Source: Octopus vulgaris (lineage: Eukaryota). From it: a stretch of 64,000 nt of DNA. A model generated the notes under the pieces. The model ran no database searches, was not told the origin of the DNA, and was given only the letters and a program-made list of their open reading frames with translations. Location of the stretch: NCBI GenBank assembly GCA_951406725.2, contig OX597825.1, forward strand, positions 55,614,001 through 55,678,000. The letters are read 5' to 3'. The position numbers and the translations under genes were made by a program. Of the stretch, positions 38,900 to 51,290 are shown piece by piece (within the stretch, counting starts at the first letter, position 1; each line of letters begins with the position of its first letter).

Positions 38900-39100
38900 G
38901 GCAGCAAGCTGGGCAAAATGCATACTGGCATTTCGTCCGTCAGTACAATGAGTTCAAATCCCACCAAGGTTGACGTTACCTTTCATCGTTTCAGGGTCAA
39001 TAAATTAAGTGCCACTGAAACACTGGGGTTCAATGTAATCGACTAGTCCCTTACCCCTAAATTTCAGGCCTTGTGCCTTTAGTAGAAAGGATTATTATAA
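38898..39100 (+). mobile_element. SINE family B next to (TTA)n
   Basis: 'aaggcagcaagctgggc...gagttcaaatccc...tttcatc..ggggttcaatgtaatcgac...gaaaggattattat'. Confidence 0.8.
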
Positions 39101-39316
39101 TTAATAAACATATTACTATTTCTAAGTCTCTCTAACGGAGACTACGGCAGCAGTACTGGATGTTAACAGTTATCACCAAGCTAATATGGCAGTCCATAAA
39201 TATAGGACATAAGCTGCTGTTGATTAACTCCAAGAGGCCATCACCTCTAGCTAGCTATATGACACACAAACTTATGTTCCTTATAACCTTCGAACAGGGG
39301 AGGTCAGCCACTTCCC

Positions 39317-39351
<35 letters not shown>

Positions 39352-39982
39352 GGTTTGGCTCAGGTTCAGTTTTATTCCTGTTAGGAATTATGTGGATACT
39401 GGGTTACTACCTGTAACCTTAGGTGTCCACAAGTTTTTATCAGTCTTTGAAGCACTTAGAACCCTCCTGATAATCCTTGCTGTCCTTAAAAGACAAATTT
39501 TCTGTAGGAGCTCTACCGGGCATTCTCTTTCAATCTCCTCCAGCCATTTGTCTACATCTTCGCTTACTGTCCCCCAGCACACCAATTATTATAGGTATGA
39601 CATTTACTGTTCTCATGCCCCAAATCCTTCTTATTTCAAATATTAAGTGATTGTATTTTTTTTTTTTTGTTTTTCCCCTTCTTTCTTTATGATTCTGGAA
39701 TCAAGCAGGCATGATGGGTCGAAAAGTAAGCATCTTTGCTTTTCCCTATCTATAATCATTATGTCTGGTCTATTATTTTTTAATTTTTTGTCCGTTTTAA
39801 TAGGAAAGTCCCTCAAAATCTTGTATTTCTCTGACTCCAGTACTTTTACAATTCGATGATTATACCATGTGTTTCTAGCTTCAGATCCCCATTTCTAGCA
39901 CAATTTCCAGTGTATAGCTTTTACAACTTGGTCATGCCTCCATTTCTTATATTCTTCCTGTGCCAACTTGAGGCATTCAATG
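39352..39982 (-). mobile_element. 5'-truncated R4/Dong-clade non-LTR retrotransposon (RLE domain) ending in (TAA)n
   Basis: Minus: IECLKLAQEEYKKWRHDQVVKAIHWKL...KILRDFPIKTDKKLKNNRPDIMIIDREKQRCLLFDPSC...KY..L..EIRRIW..VIPIIIG.LGTV...LLQKICLLRTARIIRRVL, with the RPD..D catalytic motif; 3' end runs into (taa)n at 39319-39350. Confidence 0.9.
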
Positions 39983-40299
39983 AAAAATAAAAAAAATGGA
40001 ACTGGCATTTTCTGTAAGTCATACATTTTTATTGACATATCTCAATAAAAAATAGTTTTAAACATGACATTTTTCGACCAAAGATACATTGGTATATAAA
40101 CCACTCTCTACAGTTAAGGGCAATGAAATTTTGATGGGTATATCGAATTTCCATGGTAAAAGAGTTAAAATTTGTCAAACTTATAATTTTGAAGGAAATA
40201 AATAAAGAAAGAAAGAAAGAAAGAAGCTTAAGGATTGGAAGAGAACGTTGTAAGTTTGATGAACCAACTACCAGGATACCAGCCAATATATTAAGAATG

Positions 40300-40830
40300 T
40301 CTGTTTGGTAAGAGGTTAGATTCCAAACCATATGGCTCTAAGTTCAGACTCACTGTGTGACACTTCAGGAAAGTAGCATTTACTATAACCCAGGCTGACC
40401 AAAATCTTGAGAATGGATCTAGTAGACAGAAGCCAAAAGTAGCCCATTGTGTGTGTGTATGTGTGTGTGTATACATATATATGCATATATGAATTTGTAT
40501 ATGTACATGAGACATAATGTGTGTGTGTATATGTGTGTGTGTATATGTGTGTGTGTGTATATGTGTGTGTGTATATGTGTGTGTGTGTTTGTATCTCTTT
40601 GTCTAGACGTCATGTGATAGTTGTAAATGATGGTCGCTGTCATATAAGCAGTGTCATTTATTTCTGATATTCTGAGAGAACATGTCTGGCCAGAGTGTAA
40701 ATATTACTTTTATGAGGAACAGGTGAGCATTAGTGGCAGGAAGAACACCTGGCTGCAGAAAAATCTACTTCAATAAAGTCAGTTTGACGCAAATATGTAT
40801 AAGATAGTGGACATTAAAATGATGGTGATG
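40300..40830 (+). mobile_element. SINE with family A head and alternative tail, decayed
   Basis: Same layout as 17222-17645. Confidence 0.65.
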
Positions 40831-40953
40831 ATGATGACAATGATGATGACAACGACAACGATGATAATGATGATGGTGGTGATTGTGTTGGTGTTGTTGT
40901 TGTTGTTGGTGGTGGTGGTGTTGTTGTTGTTGTTGGTGGTGGTGGTGTTGTTG

Positions 40954-40985
<32 letters not shown>

Positions 40986-41357
40986 GGCAACACCCACATA
41001 CACATCTGTAAGCTTTCTTTTATAATTTAGATTTAAATTACTTAATGAATTGCTAAAAGCAAAAAATGATGACAACGGTGGTATGTTCGAAACGTTTGTT
41101 TGTGCAAAACAACATAAATGAGAAGAATTTAAATTTTAAATAATTAAAGCTCATTTCACAATTATTGGAATTGAAATAAAGTGGTTTAGGAGGAAGGGAA
41201 AAAATGTGTTATATATTTTTTTACTCAAAAATCTCACAAATTGAAGTAGGCTTTCGTGATCATGGAAACTGGCAGTTTTCTGCATCACGCACCATCACTA
41301 TAGCTACATCATACTATCTGTTTATCTATCTGTATAGGACTGTACAGTATCTCTCTT

Positions 41358-41399
<42 letters not shown>

Positions 41400-41404
41400 A
41401 TGTA

Positions 41405-41452
<48 letters not shown>

Positions 41453-41540
41453 TACATGTATACATATATATAAACATGTACATATGTGTGTGTATATATA
41501 TGTATGCATATGTATATATATATATATATCCATTTAGCTA

Positions 41541-41598
<58 letters not shown>

Positions 41599-42734
41599 CC
41601 TGTTGGTCTATTTATCTAGCTATCTCTCTACCTGTCTGTCTGTGTGTCTATCACTTAAATTTAACAGCTAGAAACGATAATTATATCTTCATTAACCTCA
41701 ATTACCACACCTCTTCTCTTCTCTCTCACCACTCCGCACCCCTCTCACCCCCTTTCAAATTCTCCCTCACCCCTCTCACTTCTCTCTCTCCTCTTCCTCC
41801 TCTCACTCCCCCCTCACTCTCTCTCTTTCTCTCCCTTTTCCCTCCCCACTTCTGTCAGTATTATTGTTACAAGACCAAACAGTTATCGTTTGAAAATGTC
41901 TTTTTAATTATATTGTGTTCGTCACACACAGGCAAAAAAAAAAACATTCTTTCTATTGAAGATTACTTTAAATATTTTTTCTTCTTCTAGTTTCTGTTGT
42001 TGTTGTTGTTGTTGTTGTATGGGTGTGGGGTGGCTGTAATTGTTGTTGTTTTTGTGGAAGTTTTATTGTTATTATTTGCTCTTTTTTTCTAACGTTTACG
42101 CATTACAATCTTTGATGCCACCTTCACAGCCAGTTTACTACCACCTTTACCAACGCAACTACTACCACCACAACCACAACTACTACAACACACCTCGCTA
42201 CCGTAAACAGCAATATCACCACCACAAGTACTACCACCTCTACAGTACATCTCTACTACCATAGCTACCATTCCAACAGCAATATACCTCCACTACCATA
42301 AACAACAACACTACCACAACTACCACTACTATGACTATTCCCAGCATTATCACTACTACTACTAGCACTGTACAGGTTATCACTGCTACTACCATAACCA
42401 CTACCACCACCACCACTACCATTTCCACCGTCGCCACCACCATTATCAACTATATTGCATGCTGAGTATTCTGACAACGAAGAATTGACCCAGTGCAGTA
42501 TCATGGACTAGTCTGTATATGCTACAGACTCTCTGCTCTGTGTGTGAGTCTGTTCGGTGCTGATCACAGCAGAAGTGGGCAAAGTTGGACTCTTTTAGAT
42601 CACATAAGTCGCCCTTCTTCAGCGCTTAACTTCAATGATGTGCAGCACTGCACGGAGTTGCAGTTTATGACGCTTATTGATGTTGCTGCATCTGTTATTT
42701 TGTGTGATTGGAGTGAGGGCAAGAGAGAGTGTTT

Positions 42735-43245
42735 TCATTTTTTTTTGTGATGGTATTGTAGAGGTGCTTAAATGCTGTAGCAGGGACTGTTTCAGTTGTA
42801 GTAGCTTTTCCATAGAAGCAGAATTGGACCTGCACCACTGTATGGTCCTGTTTTTTTGTGACAATACAGAGGTATTAGCGTGTAGCAACAGAGATTGCTT
42901 GCATTGTAGTAGCTTTGCTCAGGAAAAAGATACAGCTCTATGCCATTGAATGTTCCTGTTTTTTTGTGATGATAAAAAGTTATTTGTGTGAAGTAGCAGA
43001 GACTGTGTGTGTAGTTGTAGATTTGCTGTGGAAACAGAAATGGCCCCATGCCATTGTATATTCCTAGTTTTTAATGATGATGAGATGATGATGCAGATGT
43101 ATTTGTGTGTAGTTGCAGAGATTGCTTGTGCTGAGGAAACAGAAAGAGCCCTCTGCCAGCACGTTTCTGTTCTTTTTTTCATGATGGCATTGTAAAGGTA
43201 TTTGTGTTGTGTAGCGGAGACTGTTTAGTTGTGGGAAGCTTATGA
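42735..43245. repeat. Diverged tandem repeat, ~108-bp period, ~4.7 copies
   Basis: Recurrent 'ttttt(g/a)tga' anchors at 42747, 42858, 42966, 43074, 43181, each followed by gtatt..gtagcagagactg-like sequence. Confidence 0.75.
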
Positions 43246-43294
43246 TAGTGTGGCTGTATGCTGAACTGTATTCTTTGTTGGATTTTTGTTCATG

Positions 43295-43635
43295 GAAATA
43301 TCAGGATCCCAAGCAGGATTGAAATATTAAGGTCCCAGGCAAGACTAGAATATTAGGGTCTCCGTAGGACTAGAATATTGGAGTTTTACGAAGGACTGAA
43401 ATATTAGGGTTCCAAGTTAGACTGGAATATTAGGTTCCAGGTATGAATGAATTATTGAGGTCCCAGGTAGGACTGAAATCAGGATTCCAAGCAGGACTGA
43501 AATATTGGGGTTCCATGTAGGACCAAAATATTAGGAATTCAAGCAGAACAGAATTATTATGGTCCCAGAGAATACAGTAATATTGGGACCTCAGCACTAG
43601 GACTGAATTATAGGGGCCACAGGTAGGCTTGAATT
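43295..43635. repeat. Diverged minisatellite, ~26-bp unit (gaaatattagggtcccaggtaggact), ~13 copies
   Basis: Direct reading of recurring 'ggactgaaatatt..gg' units. Confidence 0.85.
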
Positions 43636-44990
43636 TTTGGTATTTTGAAATAACTAGGCACAATAGCACTGATTATTATGCTACTGCACACATACATTAT
43701 ATACACCCATTATGTAGATACCTACACTACATCTAGTACACACCTGTACTACTGGATATTTATATTACTACTGTTTTCGACTAACAATAAAATTATCAGT
43801 TAAAAATTGTAACCAATGTTTCTCTAATGATAACCTGCAGTCTTGGGAATAGAGATGACATTATGGATAAAGTAGTTCTATAATACAACTGAAAAGACAG
43901 TGAAGTCATGGTTAGAGTGTCTTTAGTCGTATCTGCTGAATCAGGACTTACCTGAGGCTAAACAGCAATAAAACAAGCTAATGTTGAAACAATCACAGCA
44001 TCACACCTCACAACATCTCACAGCGCCTCACAATGCTACACAACACCACACACCACTAAACAACGACACATGACACCACAGTGTATCATACTACATAGAC
44101 AACACATTACAACACACACACATCACAATACACAGCACAACACAACACTAAAACATTACACAACACCACACATTGCAGTACACTAAACAACATTGCACCA
44201 CATCTCATTTCCCCACACAATACAATATACCACTCCACACCGTACTCCATACTCCATTACATCACAAGACACTGCTCTTCTCTGCACCACACTACACACC
44301 ACAGTTACATTACAACCAATTATGTCCCCCACCACCTTCCATACCAATTAACTGTTCTGCACTAATGAGAGAAATAGTTGTTACAAAAGAAGAGAGTGCT
44401 GAGTGGCATGCCGGCCTAATTGCCTGGTGGTATTTAGTAATATCCGTTTTGCATTATGAGTTCAAACCCCGTTTGGATCGTATTTGACTTCCGTATATCA
44501 GCGGTCGATAAAAGTAGTTGCAAGCATGTTATTAGAATTGATTTCTTCAACTCTATGGCTTCTCTACATGGTTCTAGTCTTTAGGCGATATAAGAAATCA
44601 ATATACATACATATATATACATACACAGACAGACAGACAGAAAGACAGACAGACAGACAGATAAATAGATAGATAAATAGATAGATAGATAAATGGAGAA
44701 GTGTATGTATATGGGCACTGTGTATATATATATGTGTGTGTGTACATATATATATATATATATATAGAAAGACTTAGGATATGTTGAAAGATATGTTGAA
44801 GTACATGTATATATAGAAAGACTTAAGAGAATAAGTTGAAATCATTTGAGCACTACAACGTACTTTTTGATATCAAGCATCTCTGGAGTTCACCTGTCAA
44901 TTCTGTATATACAGTTATGTATACATGTATATATGCATAACTATGATTTTAGTACATGTACTGCTTTGGCAGTACATATATCCTAAAATT

Positions 44991-45500
44991 ATACAGAAGA
45001 GAAACCGTGTACAGTTGTAGAAATCAGCTGCCCAGCGGATGTTGACATAATACTATAGATCTGCGAAAAAGAAAACACCTATATTGAACTATAGCTATTC
45101 TTTCCAGGTTACAAGTTCAGGCTTATACCTGTAATTATTGAGGCACTGGGATATGTAACACACTGTCTAAATACCAATCTTGAGAAATTAGGTTTCTCAA
45201 AACCAGAAAAGAGAAAGCTGATTCAAAGACTACAGATCCAATCCATCACTAGAACTGTAAAAGTCTGTAAAACTTACCAGAAGTTTATTATTTAACTATA
45301 TGTGAGCATGTCTAGATTTGCAACTATATGCATGGGATTGCATACATAAAACAAAATGTACAAATCTGCACATATACATACATACAAAAGTATCTTGTTG
45401 ACGTTGTTGAAATTCCAATGAAGGAGCTTTGGATCTAGGTTAGAAACTGCTTCTTTCTCTATTATTGTCAAGAAATCTTGAAATAAAACTGAATAATGAC
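44991..45500 (+). mobile_element. 5'-truncated RLE non-LTR retrotransposon, CATA-associated subfamily 2
   Basis: Closely similar to 20684-21201 (EEKPCTVVEISCPADVDI...FIPVIIEALGYV...LGFSKPEKRKLIQRLQIQSI); ends gacatacacacattcatacatac. Confidence 0.85.
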
Positions 45501-45532
45501 ATACACACATTCATACATACAGACGGCAGACA

Positions 45533-45660
45533 TCATTTCAGCTTCTTTCTACCAAATCCACTGACAAGGCTTTGGTTAGATCAAGGATAGAGTAGAAATA
45601 CTTTCTCAAGGTACCATGCAGTGAGACTGAACCAAAGACCACATAGTTGGGAAGTAACTT
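45533..45660 (-). mobile_element. SINE family A, 5' fragment
   Basis: 'ctaccaaatccactgacaaggctttgg...caaggtaccatgcagtgagactgaacc'. Confidence 0.7.
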
Positions 45661-45819
45661 GACTTTCTCAAATCACAATTTTCTGGCTTTAAAGAAAGGA
45701 CACATTAGACAGTGTAGTGTCTGAAATGTAAAAAAGATGGGATGGTCACAGATGGAACGCTTCTGTTCATAACGGATTTACTAGATCAGATCTCATTTGG
45801 AAGTAAACAACTGTTTTTA

Positions 45820-46400
45820 ATATAGGTACCAGGTCAGAAAAATGCCTAGGGGCCTGAACATGTGGCCTATATTGTCCCAAGTACTTGATTGTTACTTTAT
45901 TCCATTGACCCCCGAACGGATGAAAGGCATAGGTGACCTAGGTGGGATTTGAACTCGGAAAATAATCATACTGCAATGTATTTATCTACTGAAACAATTC
46001 TGCTAATTCACTATTATTTATTGGTACTTTATTTTTATCGACTCTCCGAAACGATGAAAGGCAAAGGTGACCTAGGTGGGATTTGAACTTGAAACATAAC
46101 CATACTGCAAAGTACTTTGTCCGATGTTGCAGCGATTCTGCCAAGCCACTGCTATTACATACTGGTACTTTATTTTTATCGAACCCCCAAGAAGATGAAA
46201 GGCAAAGTTGAACTTCGTGTGATTCGAACTTGGAACGTAAAAAAGCTTAAGCAAATACGGAAAGATTTTTTGTCCAATGCGTTAATGGTTCTGCCAATCT
46301 ACAGCTCTTCTTGATTGGTACTTTACTTTATCGGCCTCAAAAGGATGAAAGGCAAAGTTTAACCCGAGCGGGATTTGAACCTAGACCGTGAAGTGCCAAC
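45820..46400 (-). mobile_element. Tandem cluster of four partial SINE-B copies
   Basis: Four repeats of '(g/t)tactttat...ga.ccc..gatgaaaggca..g.t...gattt/cgaac'. Confidence 0.8.
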
Positions 46401-46517
46401 CATCATTCTTGGAAGTAAGCAATAAAAAGACAAATACACACACACACAGCAACAACTTAATTTTCTCCCATTGTGGGGTCCTAGGCTGTTAAAGAGCCAG
46501 GGAGTCATTAAGTAAGT

Positions 46518-47140
46518 CAAGGGTCGACAAAGTGGTCAATATTGAACCTTGGGATGCTTGTGCGGCTAATCAAGGGATACAATTTTGAGCATTATATATG
46601 CTGAATTATTAGCAAACGCTTTTTGTTTCCTTTCTAGCATGGATAATATTCGATTTTTAAAAATCTTTCTGATAAAACAAAAAGAAAATTCAAAATGCCT
46701 TAACAGATGCCAGGTCATTGACATACACATAGGAGACATGAAGTGCCAATTGATGCACACCTTTCGTGACAGAGACGCTCGAGATTAGAATGTATTTATT
46801 GCCTATTTACAACAGAGTGATGTCAATGGTTTGATAATTTTGAATTTATTCCTTTTCTTTTCTTATTTAGCACTCATAATGGCAATCCTTGATAATGAGG
46901 ACAAAGACAGGCGGTATTCGTGTGGGTATTCAAAATTTGGATTTATACCATTATTTACCAAAAGAAAAAAAAACAATGCCTACGTGTCTCTTATATGAAA
47001 AACTTTCAGTTATAATGTCTTGAAGCCTACAAAGATGAGAGATCATGTCGTAAAGGTTCGCTTTGATAAGATAAAATTAAAATCGTATTGTTTTTAGGGC
47101 GATGGAAGAAAAGATATGACTTAATTTTTAAATTAAAAGC
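46518..47140 (+). mobile_element. hAT (Buster/Charlie, ZBED5/SCAND3-like) transposon 5' relic
   Basis: TIR-like 'caagggtcgacaaagtggtc' at ~46518; from ATG 46879 with frameshifts MAILDNEDKDRRYSCGYSKFGFIP...MPTCLLYEKTFSYNVLKPTKMRDHVVKV..DK, matching the R.Y..Y.KFGF..P.CLLC..FSN..MKP....HL..H BED-finger start. Confidence 0.7.
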
Positions 47141-47889
47141 TTATATGATGAGGGCTCATAGGTTATTAACAATTCCCTAAATGGATCAATGATATACAGT
47201 ATATTTCAAGTCAGCGGAGCTAGACCCGGTGGACGATAAAAGGCCGGATGGTATGACAATTTTTCCGTTTCGTGGCGGTGGGCTCTTCATCGGGGATGCC
47301 ACATGCTGTGACACCTTCTCCAATGGCAACTTGATGTGGTGAGCTACCAGTCCAGGCTCCGTTGCTTGCCAGGCTGAGAAAAGCAAACTATTAAGGTATC
47401 AGTTACTATCCAATAGATTTATGGTCGAGCCGGAGTCTCCCGGACCATATCCCTGCTCACCATTATCAGGGCGGAGATAGCTGTCCGCAAGTGCCAGCTC
47501 CGTGAATCACAGTGGCTGTTCCAGCGCATCTACCTCGCCATCATCCAGGGTAACACTTTTTCCATTTTGTTTGCCGGGACCATGAGAAATGTTTCTTAAT
47601 GAAGGACCCCCTGATGGAGACGTTGAAAAGATCTGATAGCTAACAGAGACCCATAGATAACCTGTTAAAAGCCCATGAGGATGTAGCAAAGAAGAAGAAA
47701 CACCATCACGACAGCAATAACATCAACAATAATCTTCACTCTCTCAGAATCTCTCTCCATCCTAGTTTATTAGCCAACGCAGTATTTAATGTAAACTGTA
47801 AATTTTGAAAAATTCGATTTGTATACCGGAAAATACGGTAAGAAGTTTGACAACCCTTGAAGTGGGAGGTACGGAGTAAAAAAACAGGT

Positions 47890-47907
47890 GTCGTTGTTAG
47901 CAACGAC
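47890..47907. promoter_or_regulatory. Near-palindromic RFX X-box-like site
   Basis: gtcgttgttagcaacgac; core GTTGTTAGCAAC has a perfect RGYAAC half-site; CpG-rich unique context. Confidence 0.4.
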
Positions 47908-48536
47908 GGTGAGAAACAGACGAAGTATGCTTTGGATTACAATGCAGTTCTCAATTCTACCAGGGTATAAAATAATATTCACTGTAGGCAAGTATCCTGT
48001 CCAATGTAGGAAGAACATTTCTTGCTTATCCGATTAATGCTATTGAAATTTGAGATAAGCAACAAAAGATCTTATTGGAATTCTTGTGATTTCAACGAAA
48101 GGATTAGCTTAGCTTTTTATCCCAGTTCGAAATCTTGCAAGGAAAATGTTTTGTGGTGTTGATCTTGGAAGTTTGGCAAACTGCAGCAAATTATCTTGTG
48201 CTCCAAACACAATAAAACTTATCGATTTTCGATCTAAATTTGATAAAAGCTTAGACAAAAAAAAAGTTAAACAAAAAATAACGTAACAAAAATTAGACAA
48301 AATAAAAACAAATGAAGAGAATCTTCCTAGTTGAATGCCAATACGGTTTCTTCAATTTATGGAGCTTTTTATCTCAAGACGCTTCTCTCTTTCTTTCTCT
48401 CTCTCGCTCTCTCTTTCCACACACAAACACGCGCGCGTACACACACACACACACACCACATGCGATCTACATGAGAACAAGTAAGTTGAAGAAACACTCG
48501 ACGAAAATTCAGAGGGAGAAGGAAATGGAGTGATAA

Positions 48537-48579
<43 letters not shown>

Positions 48580-48782
48580 GGGAGAGAGAGGGAGAGAGAG
48601 GGAGTCAGAGAAATATAATAAAATAAATTTTAAGATAGAAAACAAATTACAAAAAAAATTGTAAATAAAAAAAGAGGGAAAAAATCAGTGAACAAAGAAA
48701 TGCTAAAAAAAATGACGTTTTTTCATTTTTTCCCCCTTTTTGCTGTGATTGATTATGTTAAACTCTCAATCACAGACGAGTT

Positions 48783-48900
48783 TTAAATGATTTTCCAAAT
48801 TTTTATCATTTGATGCCGAAACTCGAATTTTTCCAACCATCCCTCTAATGTATCTGAAATAAGAAATTGGTGAATGCTTCTTGAAGTAAATTCTTCTACA
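48783..48900 (-). mobile_element. pogo/Tigger (CENP-B HTH) transposase relic
   Basis: Minus translation ...EGWLEKFEFRHQM resembles the GWLxxFKxRHxI motif. Confidence 0.5.
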
Positions 48901-49006
48901 ATAACATCACGAAACATTTCGCATTGGAAAGCTAGATTTAATTTAGTACTTTCTCCAACAAGAACATTTACCTTCGTAAAATAGCTGCAGGCCTTATTAT
49001 TATTAC

Positions 49007-49079
<73 letters not shown>

Positions 49080-49275
49080 TATTACTATTATTAGAAGCAG
49101 CACCAACACCAGCTGAATGGAATTGGTGTAGTGGAGAAATGGGGAAGAAAAGAAACTAAAATAAGGTGTGTTGGGATACACACACACGCACGCACACACA
49201 CTTATATGTAATACGCACCTGCATACATTTGTAAATATGTATGTGTACATATATATACATGCATACCTACCTACC

Positions 49276-49329
<54 letters not shown>

Positions 49330-49843
49330 TGTGCGCATATATGTCTGCATGTATACAAAAGGAGAGAGATGGTGATGATGATGATGCTGGTGCTGCTGCT
49401 GCTGCCGATGATGATGATGATGATGACGACGATGACGATGATGTGTGAAGAGATAGCTTAAGCTAGCTAGCCAGATAGACACATAAGCACATGGACTATC
49501 GCCATATAATTTAGGGAGGGTCCGTGTGCCTATGCAAGTGCACGCGTGTGTAAGGGAAGTTAGATTAGATAGATAGACAGATATCTAGAAAGAGAGAGAG
49601 AGAGACCACATTGAGATGCTGTGTAGGTTTATAAACAAGATTAAAGTGATAAACAGATTTATACCAATTTCGAGTCGGGTCTTTTATCAAATAAAGCATT
49701 TGCAACATGCAAAATGAATTTAAAACGATTTCTATCTAAAATGATAGAGCTTGAAGAATGCAGCTACTTTCACACGATTGTTATCATGTGTTTGGAGGTT
49801 TTACAACACTTTGGCGTGTTGGATTGAACATCCTGTATAAATA

Positions 49844-49882
<39 letters not shown>

Positions 49883-50140
49883 TTGAGAAGAAAGGGGGAG
49901 AAAGAAAGAAATGGTGAGTAATTTGACGTGTGTTTGTATTTTTGTGTAGGTATGTCAACAGATGTATGTGTGTATGTACATACATTAGTATGTGTGTAAG
50001 TATATATAAATACATATACACACAAACACTCACACACAGACATATATATATACACACACACGAACTTACCTACGTACATATATACATGCATACATACATA
50101 CATACATACATACATACATACATACATACATAACAAACAG

Positions 50141-50378
50141 ACATACATTGAGTTTTGTTGGGATTTTCAGAAAGAGAAACTGACCGGCTGATTCGTACAT
50201 TAAAGTCCAATTTGTAAGTGGAGCAATAAAAATATGCAAGACACTTATCAAGTTCCAAATGTGAATTTGTCTGTGTTAACTACATCCCAAGGATGGATAC
50301 TTGTATCTTTGTTGGAAACCGGCTTCCTCCTCCTCAGTGGAAGATTTATAATAATTAAAAAGTAGAAGAGACAAACAT
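50141..50378 (+). mobile_element. Short 3' piece of the CATA-associated RLE family (diverged)
   Basis: After (cata)n 50089-50132: LGFSERETDRLIRTL/QFVSGAIKICKTLIKFQM*; UTR contains 'gttggaaaccggct' and ends 'aattaaaaagtagaagagacaaacatacat', like copy 1. Confidence 0.7.
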
Positions 50379-50529
50379 ACATATTTATTTACTTATTTAT
50401 TTATATTTGTAATCGATCGAAGCCCTTCATCGAAATTCGTGGCCTTGGGCCAACATTTGAAACCAATATTTAAGATTGACTTCACACAGTTTGCTAACAG
50501 CTAAGTGGATAAAATGGGACCTTCACTAG

Positions 50530-51290
50530 CGTCAGCAAAGCAGTGGAACGCCACAATTGATTCTTACTGACATTCATACAACAGCTGGACTTTCGAATTG
50601 CAACACTAGTGGTATTATTTTTCGTTCTATACTGACAGGGTTGTTCTGCCGTCTTCAGGAGACATTAGAGCCTGCATGCCTATGCAACATCCACTCAAAT
50701 ATATGCAGTTTCGTGTCACCTCTGTGCGCACTACCTGTTCGTACTGTGTTGTAAAGGTGATGACGAATCAAGGAAGAACGCTGCCACCAATGTCCCGTTC
50801 TGTGACCGTGTCAAGCCGTCCATGTAATACAACATGTGAGAAGTTATGTAATGCACCAAATAGACTTGTCTCGTTCCGTATCGAAAACGCATACATTTTT
50901 ATATAGCCTCTTCCTCTCAATAGGGCAGATGATATGCAATACATCGTCTAGATATTCCTTCAGCTGTTCCTTCGATGGTATGTGAAAATGCCTTGTAGCC
51001 CTGGAAGTGGAAATATGCTCGCTCTTCGATAAATGTATCAGGCAAGGAGGTACACACATTTGCAACGTAACACTTCCACGCCTCTTTGATTGAAACCTCC
51101 ATCACTAAAACCTTCGCTTGTTTGTGATACTAGCAAACGAACTATTGTCTATACATTTGTTAATATCGTACATATCTTCATTGTTTTGATGCCAGTACCC
51201 TTGTTTATGTCGTGCAAATTTGAGTTTTCTGGTGCCAAATATTTACGATTAGTGCCTTTGAGTGGATCTAATTAGTTCATTGTCATTCTT
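50530..51290 (-). pseudogene. Decayed protein-coding relic, probably a DNA transposase
   Basis: Balanced composition and protein-like minus frames broken by stops and frameshifts (EVSIKEAWKCYVANV.., FHIPSKEQLKEYLDDVLHIICP.., KLHIFEWML..IERKIIPL); family not identified. Confidence 0.4.

Noticed and set aside
41064-41098. Hammerhead-like 'atgatgacaac...gttcgaaacgttt'
   Set aside because: Lacks C3, the closing G-C pair of stem II and a clear stem I; likely coincidence.
43295-43635. CRISPR-like array
   Set aside because: Eukaryotic context, units are whole diverged repeats without unique spacers, and there are no cas genes.
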